DNA of 44,273 nt from an uncultured Ruminococcus sp. (GTDB taxonomy: Bacteria; Bacillota; Clostridia; UBA1212). Position 1 is the stretch's first letter. Each line of letters begins with the position of its first letter. The position numbers were made by a program, and so were the translations under genes. Positions 1 to 10,612 of the stretch are shown piece by piece. The DNA is taken from assembly GCA_902782645.1 (NCBI GenBank), contig CACZNV010000115.1, positions 1-44,273 on the forward strand, written 5' to 3'. Below the pieces are notes generated by a model. It was not told where the DNA came from, searched no databases, and worked only from the letters and a program-made list of their open reading frames with translations.

Positions 1-185
1 GTTTTCAATGTCCGTAACGCCCCCGTTTTTGAGGCGCCCGACAATAATACCACTATCGAATAATCGTGTCAAGCACTTTTTTCAAAATTTTTAGAAAATT
101 TGCAAGAATTTGAGGAAGGGCAAATCTGTCGGAAATGTAGGGAAATATTGGCGATAACGGCGGGTTTTGGGCGCGGAGGCGGCGA

Positions 186-255
186 AAAAATAACTAATAA
201 AACAACAAAAACGCTTCCGGCAGGTTTCGCGGGGATGCGGCTGCGCAGAAGCGTT
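186..255 (-). terminator. Rho-independent terminator downstream of the DUF1846 gene
   Basis: On the - strand an 8-bp stem AACGCTTC/GAAGCGTT (210-217 with 248-255), with extra internal pairing, is followed by a long T-rich run (complement of A-rich 186-209). Confidence 0.65.
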
Positions 256-335
256 GGGGCTTGGCTAGTTAATAAGGTTATTAAAATAATTAAGGCTGCC
301 GGGGGACGCCTTGGCGGCAAGAGGGCTCGCACGGG

Positions 336-1820
336 TCAGACGGCGTGGTAGAGCTTCTTTGTCTGGTAGGCGGGCTCGCAGGTTATGCGGACGCCAAGCT
401 TTGAGAAGACGTTCTCGTCAACGTGGGACAGGATGACCGAGGCGTGGGCGTCGCAGTTTTTCAGCTGCGGGAGCATTTCGAAGGCCTTGGCGGCGTCCTT
501 GTTAGTGATGGCGCTGAAGGAGAGCGCAATCAGGATCTCGTCGGTGTGGAGGCGGGGGTTGTGGTTGCCCATGTACTTGATTTTCAGCTCCTGAATGGGG
601 CCTATGACCTCCGGGGGAATGAGCTTTTTGTCGTGGTCTATACCCGCCAATGTCTTGATGGCGTTTATCAGGGCCGCTGCAGAGGCGCCGAGAAGCGGCG
701 AGGTCTTTCCGGTTACGATTTGACCGTCGGGAAGCTCGATGGCGACTGCGGGGCCGTTGGTTTCATTGGCGCGTTGAACCGCTGCGGGCACAACTTTTCG
801 GTCGGAAACTGCGATTCCGGTCCTTGCCATGAGGGCGTCGATTTTTTCCAGTTCGTTGGTGTTTGCAAAGCCCTGCTTGACGGCGCATTTTGCCTTGAGT
901 TCACGGCGGATGATTTCGTCCTTGGCGGCTTTGACCACAATGTCGTTGTTTGTGATGCAGTATCCCGCCATGTTGACGCCCATATCCGTGGGGCTCTTGT
1001 AGGGCGACTCGCCGCTGATGCGCTTCAGCATTGCGTTGAGAACCGGGAATATCTCAATGTCGCGGTTGTAGTTCACGCAGACCTGCTGGTAGGCCTCGAG
1101 ATGGAAGGGGTCAATCATGTTTATGTCGTTGAGGTCTGCGGTTGCGGCCTCGTAGGCGATGTTGACGGGGTGGTTGAGGGGCAGATTCCAGATGGGGAAG
1201 GTCTCAAACTTCGCATAGCCCGCCTTGACGCCCCGCTTGTGCTCTCCGTAGAGCTGGGAGAGGCAGACAGCCATCTTTCCTGAGCCGGGACCCGGCGCGG
1301 TGACGATTACAAGCCTTCTTGTGGTTTCCACAAACTCGTTCTTTCCGAAGCCTTCATCGCTGACAATGAAATTGGTGTTGTTGGGGTAGCCCTCGATGGG
1401 GTAGTGCTTGTAAACTTTGACGCCAAGGGATCTCAGGCGCTCCATGAATTTATCAGCGTGGGGCTCGCCGGCATAGCGGGTGATGACCACACCGCCAACG
1501 TAAAGACCCACCTCTCTTGTGGCGTCGATAAGTCTCAACACGTCAAGATCGTAGGAGATGTTGTAGTCTCCCCGTTTTTTGCTCTTTTCGATGGCGTCGG
1601 CATTGATGGCAATGACGACCTCCGCATCCTCTTTGAGGCTCAAAAGCATTTTTATCTTGGAATCCGGCATGAATCCGGGCAAAACACGTGATGCGTGAAA
1701 ATCATCAAAAAGCTTTCCGCCAAACTCTAAGTAGAGCTTACTTCCGAACATGTTAATGCGTTCGCGGATCTTCCCGCTCTGCAGCTCTACATACTTATCA
1801 TTATCAAAACCGATTCTCAT
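336..1820 (-). CDS. DUF1846 / UPF0371 family protein (conserved, function unknown)
   Basis: 494-aa ORF. The N-terminus MRIGFDNDKYVELQSGKIRERI and the length match my recollection of the ~500-aa Firmicutes DUF1846 family. GGAGG RBS lies 7 nt before the ATG. Confidence 0.8.
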   Translation of the reverse strand: MRIGFDNDKYVELQSGKIRERINMFGSKLYLEFGGKLFDDFHASRVLPGFMPDSKIKMLLSLKEDAEVVIAINADAIEKSKKRGDYNISYDLDVLRLIDATREVGLYVGGVVITRYAGEPHADKFMERLRSLGVKVYKHYPIEGYPNNTNFIVSDEGFGKNEFVETTRRLVIVTAPGPGSGKMAVCLSQLYGEHKRGVKAGYAKFETFPIWNLPLNHPVNIAYEAATADLNDINMIDPFHLEAYQQVCVNYNRDIEIFPVLNAMLKRISGESPYKSPTDMGVNMAGYCITNNDIVVKAAKDEIIRRELKAKCAVKQGFANTNELEKIDALMARTGIAVSDRKVVPAAVQRANETNGPAVAIELPDGQIVTGKTSPLLGASAAALINAIKTLAGIDHDKKLIPPEVIGPIQELKIKYMGNHNPRLHTDEILIALSFSAITNKDAAKAFEMLPQLKNCDAHASVILSHVDENVFSKLGVRITCEPAYQTKKLYHAV

Positions 1821-2006
1821 TAATCCGCCTCCACATCTGTTCCTTTTTGTCGGGGTTTAGATATTTCCACGGAAGAATATTTTAACTTAAACGGGAGCTC
1901 TTTTCAATAGGGAACCCCGGGAAATCCCGCAACTATTTTGGGTTTTTCGGGACTCAAAAAGGGGGCTTGGCGGGTTGGTTGACGTAGGCTTAAAATGCAA
2001 AAATTC

Positions 2007-2035
2007 TTGATAAGGTCTCTGATAAGGTGTAAAAT
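2007..2035 (+). promoter_or_regulatory. Candidate sigma-A promoter of the atp operon (TTGATA-17-TAAAAT)
   Basis: TTGATA at 2007-2012 and TAAAAT at 2030-2035 with a 17-nt spacer. It overlaps two TGATAAGGT direct repeats. Confidence 0.4.
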
Positions 2036-2074
2036 AAATACGTGTGGCAAAAAACGACCCGTTCGGAGGCACGC

Positions 2075-2380
2075 ATGAAAAACAAGGTTTTCAACACAAT
2101 ACTTGGCGTCAATTCGGTGTTTCAGGCCATCTCCTGTCTCATTACGCCGATTGCCATTGGCGGTGTGGTCGCCTGGCTTCTGACCGCCAATAACGTGGTT
2201 GGGCCCTGGATTTACGTGGTGCTGATAACGGCCGGTGTCCTGGTGGGCCTCGTCTCCATGATCACTTTTCTGTGGAGATATGCCGAAACCGCCAAGGCGA
2301 TGCGCGAGGCGGAGGAATTGCAGGACGAAGATACAGCCCGCGACTATTCCCCGGAGAGGAAAAGGCCCGATGAACGATAA
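2075..2380 (+). CDS. AtpZ/AtpI-family small membrane protein preceding the ATP synthase genes
   Basis: ORF 2042-2380 trimmed to the ATG at 2075 (MKNKVFNTILG...). 101 aa with two hydrophobic helices and a charged tail. Its position at the head of the atp operon fits the family. Confidence 0.55.
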   Translation: MKNKVFNTILGVNSVFQAISCLITPIAIGGVVAWLLTANNVVGPWIYVVLITAGVLVGLVSMITFLWRYAETAKAMREAEELQDEDTARDYSPERKRPDER

Positions 2381-2825
2381 CTACCGCAAAACTCTTTTGC
2401 TCCAGCTCATCCCCATGATTGCGGGCATCCTCGTTGTTCCCGGAGGGGTCATTGGCGGGTTCGCGCTGTTCAACAAGTTTCGCTGGACCGTAATTACTGC
2501 CGCATTTTTAGGTGCAATCATCGCTTTTCTCTACCAGCTGCTGCTCATCATTTCCATTGGCAAAGTCTTCGACAGCGCCGCCAAAGAACGGGGCTCCGGA
2601 GAGATGTCGGAGGAAGAGATTGCCGAGTTCAAGGAGAAGTACAAAAAGAGGGTGAGCAACGCCGCAAAGGTCTCGTATATTCTGAGGCTGCCGCTCCTTG
2701 GCGTGTCCGCGCTGTGCGTTTTTCTGATTCCGTCGGTATTCAACGCCATCGCATTTGTCATTGCCCTCATCACGGAGCATCTGCTCATCATGGTCTCGGG
2801 CCTCCTGCTGAAAGGCAGGACGTGA
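2370..2825 (+). CDS. atpI: ATP synthase protein I (AtpI-like membrane protein)
   Basis: ORF 2280-2825 trimmed to the ATG at 2370 (MNDNYRKTLLLQLIP...), overlapping the previous stop. Multi-TM protein immediately upstream of atpB. Confidence 0.5.
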   Translation: MNDNYRKTLLLQLIPMIAGILVVPGGVIGGFALFNKFRWTVITAAFLGAIIAFLYQLLLIISIGKVFDSAAKERGSGEMSEEEIAEFKEKYKKRVSNAAKVSYILRLPLLGVSALCVFLIPSVFNAIAFVIALITEHLLIMVSGLLLKGRT

Positions 2826-2873
2826 GCCCCGGGACGCAAACATTAAAATCTGAAAGAAAGGAGAGACGGTACT

Positions 2874-3779
2874 GTGGACGGTAAGAGTTTAAGTCAGGGC
2901 GCAAAAGTCTATTTCAGGATAAACCTCTTTAACGGCGCTGTTCCCATCGACATCACACAGACCACCGTGTCTCTCTTTGTCGTTACCGTTATTGTCGTAA
3001 TTATAGGCATTTGGCTGGGGCGCAACCTCACGAAGAAGCCGAGCCGCAGGCAGGCCCTGGTGGAAAAAATCGTGATGACCCTTTACAATCTTGTGGAGTC
3101 CACCATGGGCAAACACAACCTTAAGTACGCGCCCTACGTCGGAACCATTTTCATCTCATCCCTTTTCGGAACATTGATAGGACTCACCAAGGTCTTCCGC
3201 TCCACCACGGCGGACATGATGGTCATCATGGGCTGGTCCCTTTTGACCTCCTTCCTCTGCTGGTTTGAAGGCATCCGCAACAAGGGTTTCTTCGGATGGC
3301 TGAAGAGCTATGCGGAGCCGGTGGCTTTCATCGCCCCCATCAATATTGTCAGCGAAGTGGCGCAGCCTCTTGCCATGACATTCCGTCATTTCGGCAACAT
3401 TGCCGGCGGCGGCGTGCTTATGTCCATCGTTTACGCCGCCTTGGCGTCTCTTTCGGGTCTGCTTTTCAAGGCGGTCCCCGCATCCATCGCATCGGCAATG
3501 CCCCCTGTGTTCCAGGTCGGTATTCCCGCGGTGCTTTCCCTCTATTTTGACCTGTTTTCGGGTCTTATGCAGGCGTTTGTTTTCTCGCTGCTCACAATGG
3601 TTTACATTGCCCAGGCAAATCCGGCACCTGTACCGGCGGCCGCCGGAGCAAAGGCCAAAAAGAGCAAAATGAAAAAAGAGAAAAAAGCAGCCGCATTAAA
3701 ATCGCAAACATCGCCTAAGCCAAGCTCGGATCCTGCGGATTCAGGCCGGTCTCAGGCAAAGTCTCAGGCAAACTTATAA
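2874..3779 (+). CDS. atpB: F0 ATP synthase subunit a
   Basis: GTG start behind an AAGGAGAG RBS. Polytopic membrane protein with the RHFGNIAGG motif. It carries an unusual 54-aa basic C-terminal tail. Confidence 0.9.
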   Translation: MDGKSLSQGAKVYFRINLFNGAVPIDITQTTVSLFVVTVIVVIIGIWLGRNLTKKPSRRQALVEKIVMTLYNLVESTMGKHNLKYAPYVGTIFISSLFGTLIGLTKVFRSTTADMMVIMGWSLLTSFLCWFEGIRNKGFFGWLKSYAEPVAFIAPINIVSEVAQPLAMTFRHFGNIAGGGVLMSIVYAALASLSGLLFKAVPASIASAMPPVFQVGIPAVLSLYFDLFSGLMQAFVFSLLTMVYIAQANPAPVPAAAGAKAKKSKMKKEKKAAALKSQTSPKPSSDPADSGRSQAKSQANL

Positions 3780-3795
3780 AATATGGAGGTACATT

Positions 3796-4026
3796 ATGAA
3801 TCTACTAGTTGCAAAAGCACTTGGCGCCGCATTCGTTATGGGAATCGGTTCAATCGCTCCCGCTCTCGGTGAAGGCAACGCAGTTGCAAAAGCTCTTGAG
3901 GGTATTGCACGTCAGCCGGAAGCCTCTTCCGACCTTCGTACAACCATGATCCTCGGCTGTGCTATCACAGAGAGTACCGGTATCTACTCGCTGGTTATCG
4001 CGCTGCTCATCCTCTTCGCACTTTAA
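3796..4026 (+). CDS. atpE: F0 ATP synthase subunit c
   Basis: 76-aa two-helix hairpin. Gly-rich helix 1 (MGIGSIAPALGEG) and a conserved carboxylate in helix 2 (ITESTGIY). Confidence 0.95.
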   Translation: MNLLVAKALGAAFVMGIGSIAPALGEGNAVAKALEGIARQPEASSDLRTTMILGCAITESTGIYSLVIALLILFAL

Positions 4027-4118
4027 TCCGGAATCCCGGTCCATCCGTGTTTTCGGGTTTTTGAGAGGTCTGCGGTTTCCCGCAGCGGCCGGCGGCCGTT
4101 CACGAAAGAAGCATTACT

Positions 4119-4649
4119 ATGAATTGGTTTGTAGTTTTTACGGATAAGTTCGAATCGTTTATCGGCGTGAATTTCTGGACAATGTTATTCGCGTGGATAA
4201 ACATACTTATCATGTTCCTTATTCTCCGGAAATTTCTTTTCAAACCCGTCAAGAAAATGATCGACGCGCGCCAGAAGGAAGTTGACGACATGTACGCCAA
4301 CGCTGAAGAAGCGACAAAGGCCGCGGACGAAATGAAGACGGACTATGAACAGAAACTCGCCAAGGCAACCGAGGAGAGCGAGCAGATCATCAAAGATGCC
4401 GTCCGCAAAGCTCAGCTTCGGGAGGAGTCGATGATAAAGGAGGCCGAAGGAAAGGCGTCCCGCATCCTTGCCCGGGCAGAGGAGCAGATCGAGCTGGAGA
4501 AGAACCAGGCGATAAACGACATCAAGAACGAGGTTTCCGGCATTGCCGTGGAGCTTGCCTCCGCCATCATTGCAAGGGATGTCAGCGAGAAGGAACACGA
4601 GAGATTCATTGACGAATTTATCGACAATTTAGACAAAAACAACCATTAA
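4119..4649 (+). CDS. atpF: F0 ATP synthase subunit b
   Basis: Single N-terminal TM helix followed by a long charged coiled coil. Operon position fits. Confidence 0.9.
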   Translation: MNWFVVFTDKFESFIGVNFWTMLFAWINILIMFLILRKFLFKPVKKMIDARQKEVDDMYANAEEATKAADEMKTDYEQKLAKATEESEQIIKDAVRKAQLREESMIKEAEGKASRILARAEEQIELEKNQAINDIKNEVSGIAVELASAIIARDVSEKEHERFIDEFIDNLDKNNH

Positions 4650-4697
4650 CAAATCTTTTTTGACCAATGCGGTTTCCGCGGCGGGAGGTGTATCGTT

Positions 4698-5231
4698 ATG
4701 GCAGACGCAATCGAATACGGAAAAGCGCTTTTGATGCTGGCTGCCTCTGAGGGCAGCGCAGAAAAGATTCTTGAGGACCTTTCGGTCGTAAAGAGCGCCG
4801 TTGCCGCCAATCCAAAATACACCGATCTTGCGGACACCCCCGCTCTCCCCTCGAAGGTGAGAGTTGGTCTCATTGGCGATGCTTTTTCCGGTATTGACCA
4901 AAACGCCCTGAATCTGCTGAAGATACTGTGCGAAAAGAAAGAGTTTTACAAGATCACGGCCATTGCCGACAGCTATGAACGCCTCTACGACGAATCCGTC
5001 GGAAGGCTCCGCGTCACTGCAGTCACCGCCGTGCCCCTCTCGGAGAAACAGAGCGCCGCTCTCTCCGAAAAACTCGCCAAAAAAACCGGTAAAACCATAA
5101 TTCTCAAAAACATTGTGGATCCGTCAGTCCTTGGCGGTGTGAAAATGCGGTATGAAGGAGTTCAGCTTGACGGAACACTCCGTGCAAACCTCCTTTCACT
5201 GGAAAAATCGCTGGCGGAGCTGAAGCTTTGA
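4698..5231 (+). CDS. atpH: F1 ATP synthase subunit delta (OSCP)
   Basis: 177 aa with a GGGAGG RBS. C-terminal motif [19 protein letters not shown] is typical of delta. Operon position fits. Confidence 0.9.
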   Translation: MADAIEYGKALLMLAASEGSAEKILEDLSVVKSAVAANPKYTDLADTPALPSKVRVGLIGDAFSGIDQNALNLLKILCEKKEFYKITAIADSYERLYDESVGRLRVTAVTAVPLSEKQSAALSEKLAKKTGKTIILKNIVDPSVLGGVKMRYEGVQLDGTLRANLLSLEKSLAELKL

Positions 5232-5268
5232 AGCCCCGGCCGGCACAACAATCCTCTTAAGGAATAAA

Positions 5269-6801
5269 TTGGTGCTTTCTATGAAATCTCGCATTGACGA
5301 TATCAGTAAAATCATAAGAGATCAGATCAGGAACTACTCCCAGACTGTGGAGCAGGACGAAATCGGCTACGTCATTTCAGTCGGCGACGGTATTTCGAAG
5401 ATTCACGGACTTGACAAGTGCAAGGCCAATGAGCTTCTGGAATTCTCCAACGGCTCCTTCGGCATGGCCCTGAACCTTGAAGAAAAGCTGGTTAGCGCTG
5501 TTCTTCTCGGAAGCGACGTGGGCATCGCGGAGGGAAGCGTTGTAAAGCGCACCGGCCGTGTCGTATCCGTCCCCGTGGGAGAGACCACCATCGGACGTGT
5601 CTTGAACGCCCTGGGTCAGCCCATAGACGGCAAGGGTCCCTTAGAGCCTGTTGCCTACAACCCCGTTGAGCGCAAAGCTTACGGAATTATAGAGAGAAAA
5701 TCGGTTTCCGTCCCTCTCCAGACAGGCATCAAGGCCATCGACTCCATGATACCCATCGGACGGGGCCAGCGCGAGCTTATCATTGGCGACCGCCAGACGG
5801 GAAAAACCGTCATTGCCACGGACACAATCATAAATCAACGGGGCAAGGACGTGATCTGCGTCTACGTGGCCATCGGACAGAAGCAGTCCACAGTCGCCAA
5901 TGTGGTTGAAACCCTCACAAGGAACGGGGCAATGGATTACACGGTGGTTGTTTCGGCCTCCGCTTCTGAATCTGCTCCGCTTCAGTACATTGCGCCCTAT
6001 GCGGGATGTACCATTGGCGAGTACTTCATGGACAAGGGAAAGGACGTGCTCATCGTTTACGACGACCTTTCCAAGCACGCAGTTGCATACAGGGCACTTT
6101 CACTTCTCATCAGAAGGCCCCCCGGACGTGAAGCCTACCCCGGCGACGTATTTTACCTCCATTCAAGACTTCTTGAACGCGCCGCCAGGCTTGCTCCCGA
6201 ATACGGCGGCGGCTCCATGACAGCCCTTCCTATAATTGAAACTCAGGCGGGAGACGTTTCCGCTTACATACCCACCAATGTTATTTCCATAACCGACGGC
6301 CAGATATTCCTTGAGACCGAGCTTTTCCACGAAGGCATCATGCCCGCCGTGAACCCCGGTATTTCGGTTTCCCGTGTTGGCGGCGCCGCTCAGACAAAGG
6401 CGATGAAGAAGGTTTCAGGAAGAATGAAGCTTCTCTACTCCCAGTACAGAGAGCTGGCAGGCTTCGCCCAGTTCGGTTCCGACCTTGACGACGACACCAC
6501 GGCAAGGCTCGAGCAGGGAAAACGCATCGTGGAGGTGCTGAAGCAGGGCCGGAACCAGCCTGTCGCCACGGAGCTTCAGGTGGCCATCATCTATGCGGTG
6601 GTCAACAACCTTTTGAAGGACATTCCCGTTGAAGATATCCACAGGTTTGAGGAGGATCTGTTTGAGTCTCTCGTCGCCACCCACGACGAGCTGCTGAAGA
6701 CAATCCGCGAGACGGGTAAGCTTGGCGATGAGGAAGAGAAAGAGCTTGCGGAAGCCATCAATTCTCTTAAAGACGATTTTCTCGGAAAAATAGCCGAGTA
6801 A
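5269..6801 (+). CDS. atpA: F1 ATP synthase subunit alpha
   Basis: Walker A motif GDRQTGKT and strong overall alpha-subunit similarity. The start is either TTG 5269 (AAGGA RBS) or ATG 5281. Confidence 0.97.
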   Translation: MVLSMKSRIDDISKIIRDQIRNYSQTVEQDEIGYVISVGDGISKIHGLDKCKANELLEFSNGSFGMALNLEEKLVSAVLLGSDVGIAEGSVVKRTGRVVSVPVGETTIGRVLNALGQPIDGKGPLEPVAYNPVERKAYGIIERKSVSVPLQTGIKAIDSMIPIGRGQRELIIGDRQTGKTVIATDTIINQRGKDVICVYVAIGQKQSTVANVVETLTRNGAMDYTVVVSASASESAPLQYIAPYAGCTIGEYFMDKGKDVLIVYDDLSKHAVAYRALSLLIRRPPGREAYPGDVFYLHSRLLERAARLAPEYGGGSMTALPIIETQAGDVSAYIPTNVISITDGQIFLETELFHEGIMPAVNPGISVSRVGGAAQTKAMKKVSGRMKLLYSQYRELAGFAQFGSDLDDDTTARLEQGKRIVEVLKQGRNQPVATELQVAIIYAVVNNLLKDIPVEDIHRFEEDLFESLVATHDELLKTIRETGKLGDEEEKELAEAINSLKDDFLGKIAE

Positions 6802-6917
6802 TGACACCGCCAATAAAGCCGGTTGTCATCAGTTCTCTTTCGCAGCTTGCGTAAAGAGTCAAATAACTTGATTATTGAACTATTTTTGTGACTATCGTTA
6901 CGAAAGGAGGCGCGTAA

Positions 6918-7790
6918 ATGGGTTCGGCATCACTGCTTGAAATTAAGAGAAGCATAAAGAGCGTGCAAAGCACTATGCAAATAACCAAGGCGATGGAACT
7001 CGTTGCGACCTCAAAATTACGCAGGGCCAAGGAGAGGGCGGAACAGACCAGACCCTACCACAAGGCTCTTTCAGAGGCAATCGATAGGATCCGCAGCTAC
7101 GAAGCCACCACGGGCTCTGTTTTTGCGGAGCAGCGCAAGGACCCGAAGACCTGCATTATAGTGGTTGCCGGCGACAGGGGTCTTGCCGGCGGCTTTAACA
7201 ACAACGTGTTCAGGCTGGCCGCCTCTATTGCCGAAAAAGAAGGGGGAAACTGCTGTTACCTTCCCATCGGGAAAAAGGCCGTGGAGCGCTTCACATACGA
7301 GAAGAAGGAGATACTTACCGACAGTTTTGTGAACGTGAGCAGCTTTGGCGTCAGCAAGTCCATAGCTCTCGGCAACACCTTGGCGGATTATTTTCTGAAG
7401 GGTACCATCGACAAGGCGGTCATCGTGTACACCGAATTCGTATCGATGCTCTCCCAGGTTCCCACTTCAAGCACCCTGCTTCCCCTTTCGCCACTTGAAA
7501 ACACCGCTTCCGGGGAGAATGAGTCCTCTTTTTCGGACGAACCCCTCTACGAAAGCTCCCCTGACGAGATGCTGAAGCGCATCGTGCCCAGTTACCTTGG
7601 CGGGTCCATATACATCGCCCTTTGCGAATCCTTCGCAGCAGAGTGCGGTGCAAGGCGTACGGCCATGAACTCCGCCAACAAAAACGCCGAAGAGATGCTG
7701 AACAACCTCTCCCTCGGTTTCAACAGGGCAAGGCAGGCGGTTATCACCCAGGAAATCACCGAAATTGTGTCGGGAGCGGACGCTCTTTAA
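6918..7790 (+). CDS. atpG: F1 ATP synthase subunit gamma
   Basis: N-terminal IKSVQSTMQITKAMELVATSKLRRA and C-terminal ITQEITEIVSGA are gamma hallmarks. GGAGG RBS present. Confidence 0.95.
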   Translation: MGSASLLEIKRSIKSVQSTMQITKAMELVATSKLRRAKERAEQTRPYHKALSEAIDRIRSYEATTGSVFAEQRKDPKTCIIVVAGDRGLAGGFNNNVFRLAASIAEKEGGNCCYLPIGKKAVERFTYEKKEILTDSFVNVSSFGVSKSIALGNTLADYFLKGTIDKAVIVYTEFVSMLSQVPTSSTLLPLSPLENTASGENESSFSDEPLYESSPDEMLKRIVPSYLGGSIYIALCESFAAECGARRTAMNSANKNAEEMLNNLSLGFNRARQAVITQEITEIVSGADAL

Positions 7791-7824
7791 ACCCCGGACA
7801 CATTCGATTTATAAACACGACTGA

Positions 7825-9252
<1,428 letters not shown>

Positions 9253-9292
9253 TTTTTTCTCTAAAACTAGGAAAGGAGGCCCGTGACCTTAC

Positions 9293-9694
9293 ATGAATAC
9301 GTTTCACCTTGAAGTTGTGGCCCCCGACTGCACTCCTTTCTGCGGCGAGGCTGAGAGGCTCCTGGTAAAAACCACGGAGGGCTACATCGAGATTCTCAGC
9401 AACCACACCGATTACCTTGCCACGGTGGACACCGGAAAAGCCAAAATTACCGTCAACGGAAAGGCCCGGGTCGCCTCAGTCTCCGGCTGTTTTCTCTCCG
9501 TTAAGAAGAACAACGTGAAGCTTGTGGTAAACACCTTTGAGTTTGCCGATGAAATCGACCTGAACCGTGCGCTGCGGGCAAAAGAGATCGCCGAGCAGAT
9601 GATAAAAGAGGCCTCGGACAAGGAATCCATGGCCAAGGCCCAGGCAAAACTTATGCGAGCGATCGCCAGGATATCTGTTGCTAAAAACAAATAG
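9293..9694 (+). CDS. atpC: F1 ATP synthase subunit epsilon
   Basis: 133 aa; N-terminal beta-sandwich plus C-terminal helical hairpin pattern. Last gene of the operon. Confidence 0.93.
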   Translation: MNTFHLEVVAPDCTPFCGEAERLLVKTTEGYIEILSNHTDYLATVDTGKAKITVNGKARVASVSGCFLSVKKNNVKLVVNTFEFADEIDLNRALRAKEIAEQMIKEASDKESMAKAQAKLMRAIARISVAKNK

Positions 9695-9723
9695 GCTTTT
9701 GGGCTCTTTACTGAGTTTATACA

Positions 9724-9764
9724 AGGCGCGCCGCAAAGGACTGTTTCCTGCGGCGCGCCTTTTC
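9724..9764 (+). terminator. Rho-independent terminator of the atp operon
   Basis: Perfect 12-bp stem AGGCGCGCCGCA/TGCGGCGCGCCT (9724-9735 with 9749-9760) followed by TTTT. Confidence 0.8.
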
Positions 9765-9794
9765 CTATATTTAGGTGTATTTCGGCAGATTCTG

Positions 9795-10574
9795 TCAGAT
9801 GAGCTCCTCGTCGGCAAACTGTATCCCGAGACCGGCGTATTCGGTTTTGAAGCGATTGATTTGATTGGCGGCATCGAGGATTGCCTCAGGTCTGTGGGCG
9901 TCAATTCCGAAAATTGTCTTGACGCCTATTTTTCCGGCCACCTCCCAGAAATCTTTCCGCGGATAGTGGCGCCCTTCGGTGTAGCCGAGAAGATTCACTT
10001 CCAAGGGAACGTTGTTCTTTTTTGCCGCAGCACAGATTCTTTCGGCCTGCTGCATGTAAAAATCCCTGTCACCGTGGAAAATGAATATGTCCGGGTGGGC
10101 GATGTAGAGAAACTTCCCGCTTTCGATGCACTCGATTATAAGCGAGGTGTAATCCTCAAGCTCTTTGTTTGTGGCGTCCGGATGCCCTGCGGCGTGAAAA
10201 GTACCTGGCTCGTATTCCTCGCCGGAGAAATGCTGGCCAAGGATCATATACTGAACCCCGGAATCCCGCAAAAACCTCTCTGTACGTGCAAAACTTTTCG
10301 GATAGTACTCAATCTCCACACCCGTTACAAGACGGATCTGCCCCTTAAATTCTTGTCTCAGGGACTCCACGGAGGAGACGTAGCCGTCAAGCAGCTCCGG
10401 CCGCATCCGGAAAGATGAATAGTAATTTCCCGCATCCTCGTGAAAGAGATAGGGGCTGTGGTCAGAAAAGCCAAGGACCTTGATGCCCGCCTTGACGGCA
10501 GCCTCAACGTATTCGCGGTCTTCCCCCAGCGCATGGTTGCAGCGCTTTGTGTGCGTGTGGTAGTTGTATATCAT
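9795..10574 (-). CDS. PHP-domain histidinol-phosphatase family protein (HisJ-like)
   Basis: N-terminal metal-binding motif YHTHTKRCNHA. The length and further His/Asp motifs (FSDH, IAHPD, GIDAH) are typical of the PHP family. Confidence 0.85.
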   Translation of the reverse strand: MIYNYHTHTKRCNHALGEDREYVEAAVKAGIKVLGFSDHSPYLFHEDAGNYYSSFRMRPELLDGYVSSVESLRQEFKGQIRLVTGVEIEYYPKSFARTERFLRDSGVQYMILGQHFSGEEYEPGTFHAAGHPDATNKELEDYTSLIIECIESGKFLYIAHPDIFIFHGDRDFYMQQAERICAAAKKNNVPLEVNLLGYTEGRHYPRKDFWEVAGKIGVKTIFGIDAHRPEAILDAANQINRFKTEYAGLGIQFADEELI

Positions 10575-10612
10575 TATTTGCCTATATTTGCCTGAATTTT
10601 ATTTCTCCGCCA

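Noticed and set aside
1-63. An open frame running in from the left edge (VFNVRNAPVFEAPDNNTTIE, stop at 61-63). It may be the 3' end of a + strand gene.
   Set aside because: With only 20 codons it cannot be identified or distinguished from chance, so I did not report it as a feature.
69-351. ORFs 69-332 (-) and 100-351 (+) in the first intergenic region.
   Set aside because: They overlap each other and the DUF1846 terminator. Their translations are Arg/Gly/Pro-rich and show no RBS or motifs.
423-1283. 286-aa + strand ORF. Similar long antisense ORFs occur at 9678-10418, 11952-12890, 13417-14166 and 20698-21294.
   Set aside because: Each lies opposite a gene with clear family motifs (DUF1846, PHP, metallophosphoesterase, rpmH/rnpA, tldD). 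Their compositions are low-complexity and they lack RBSs.
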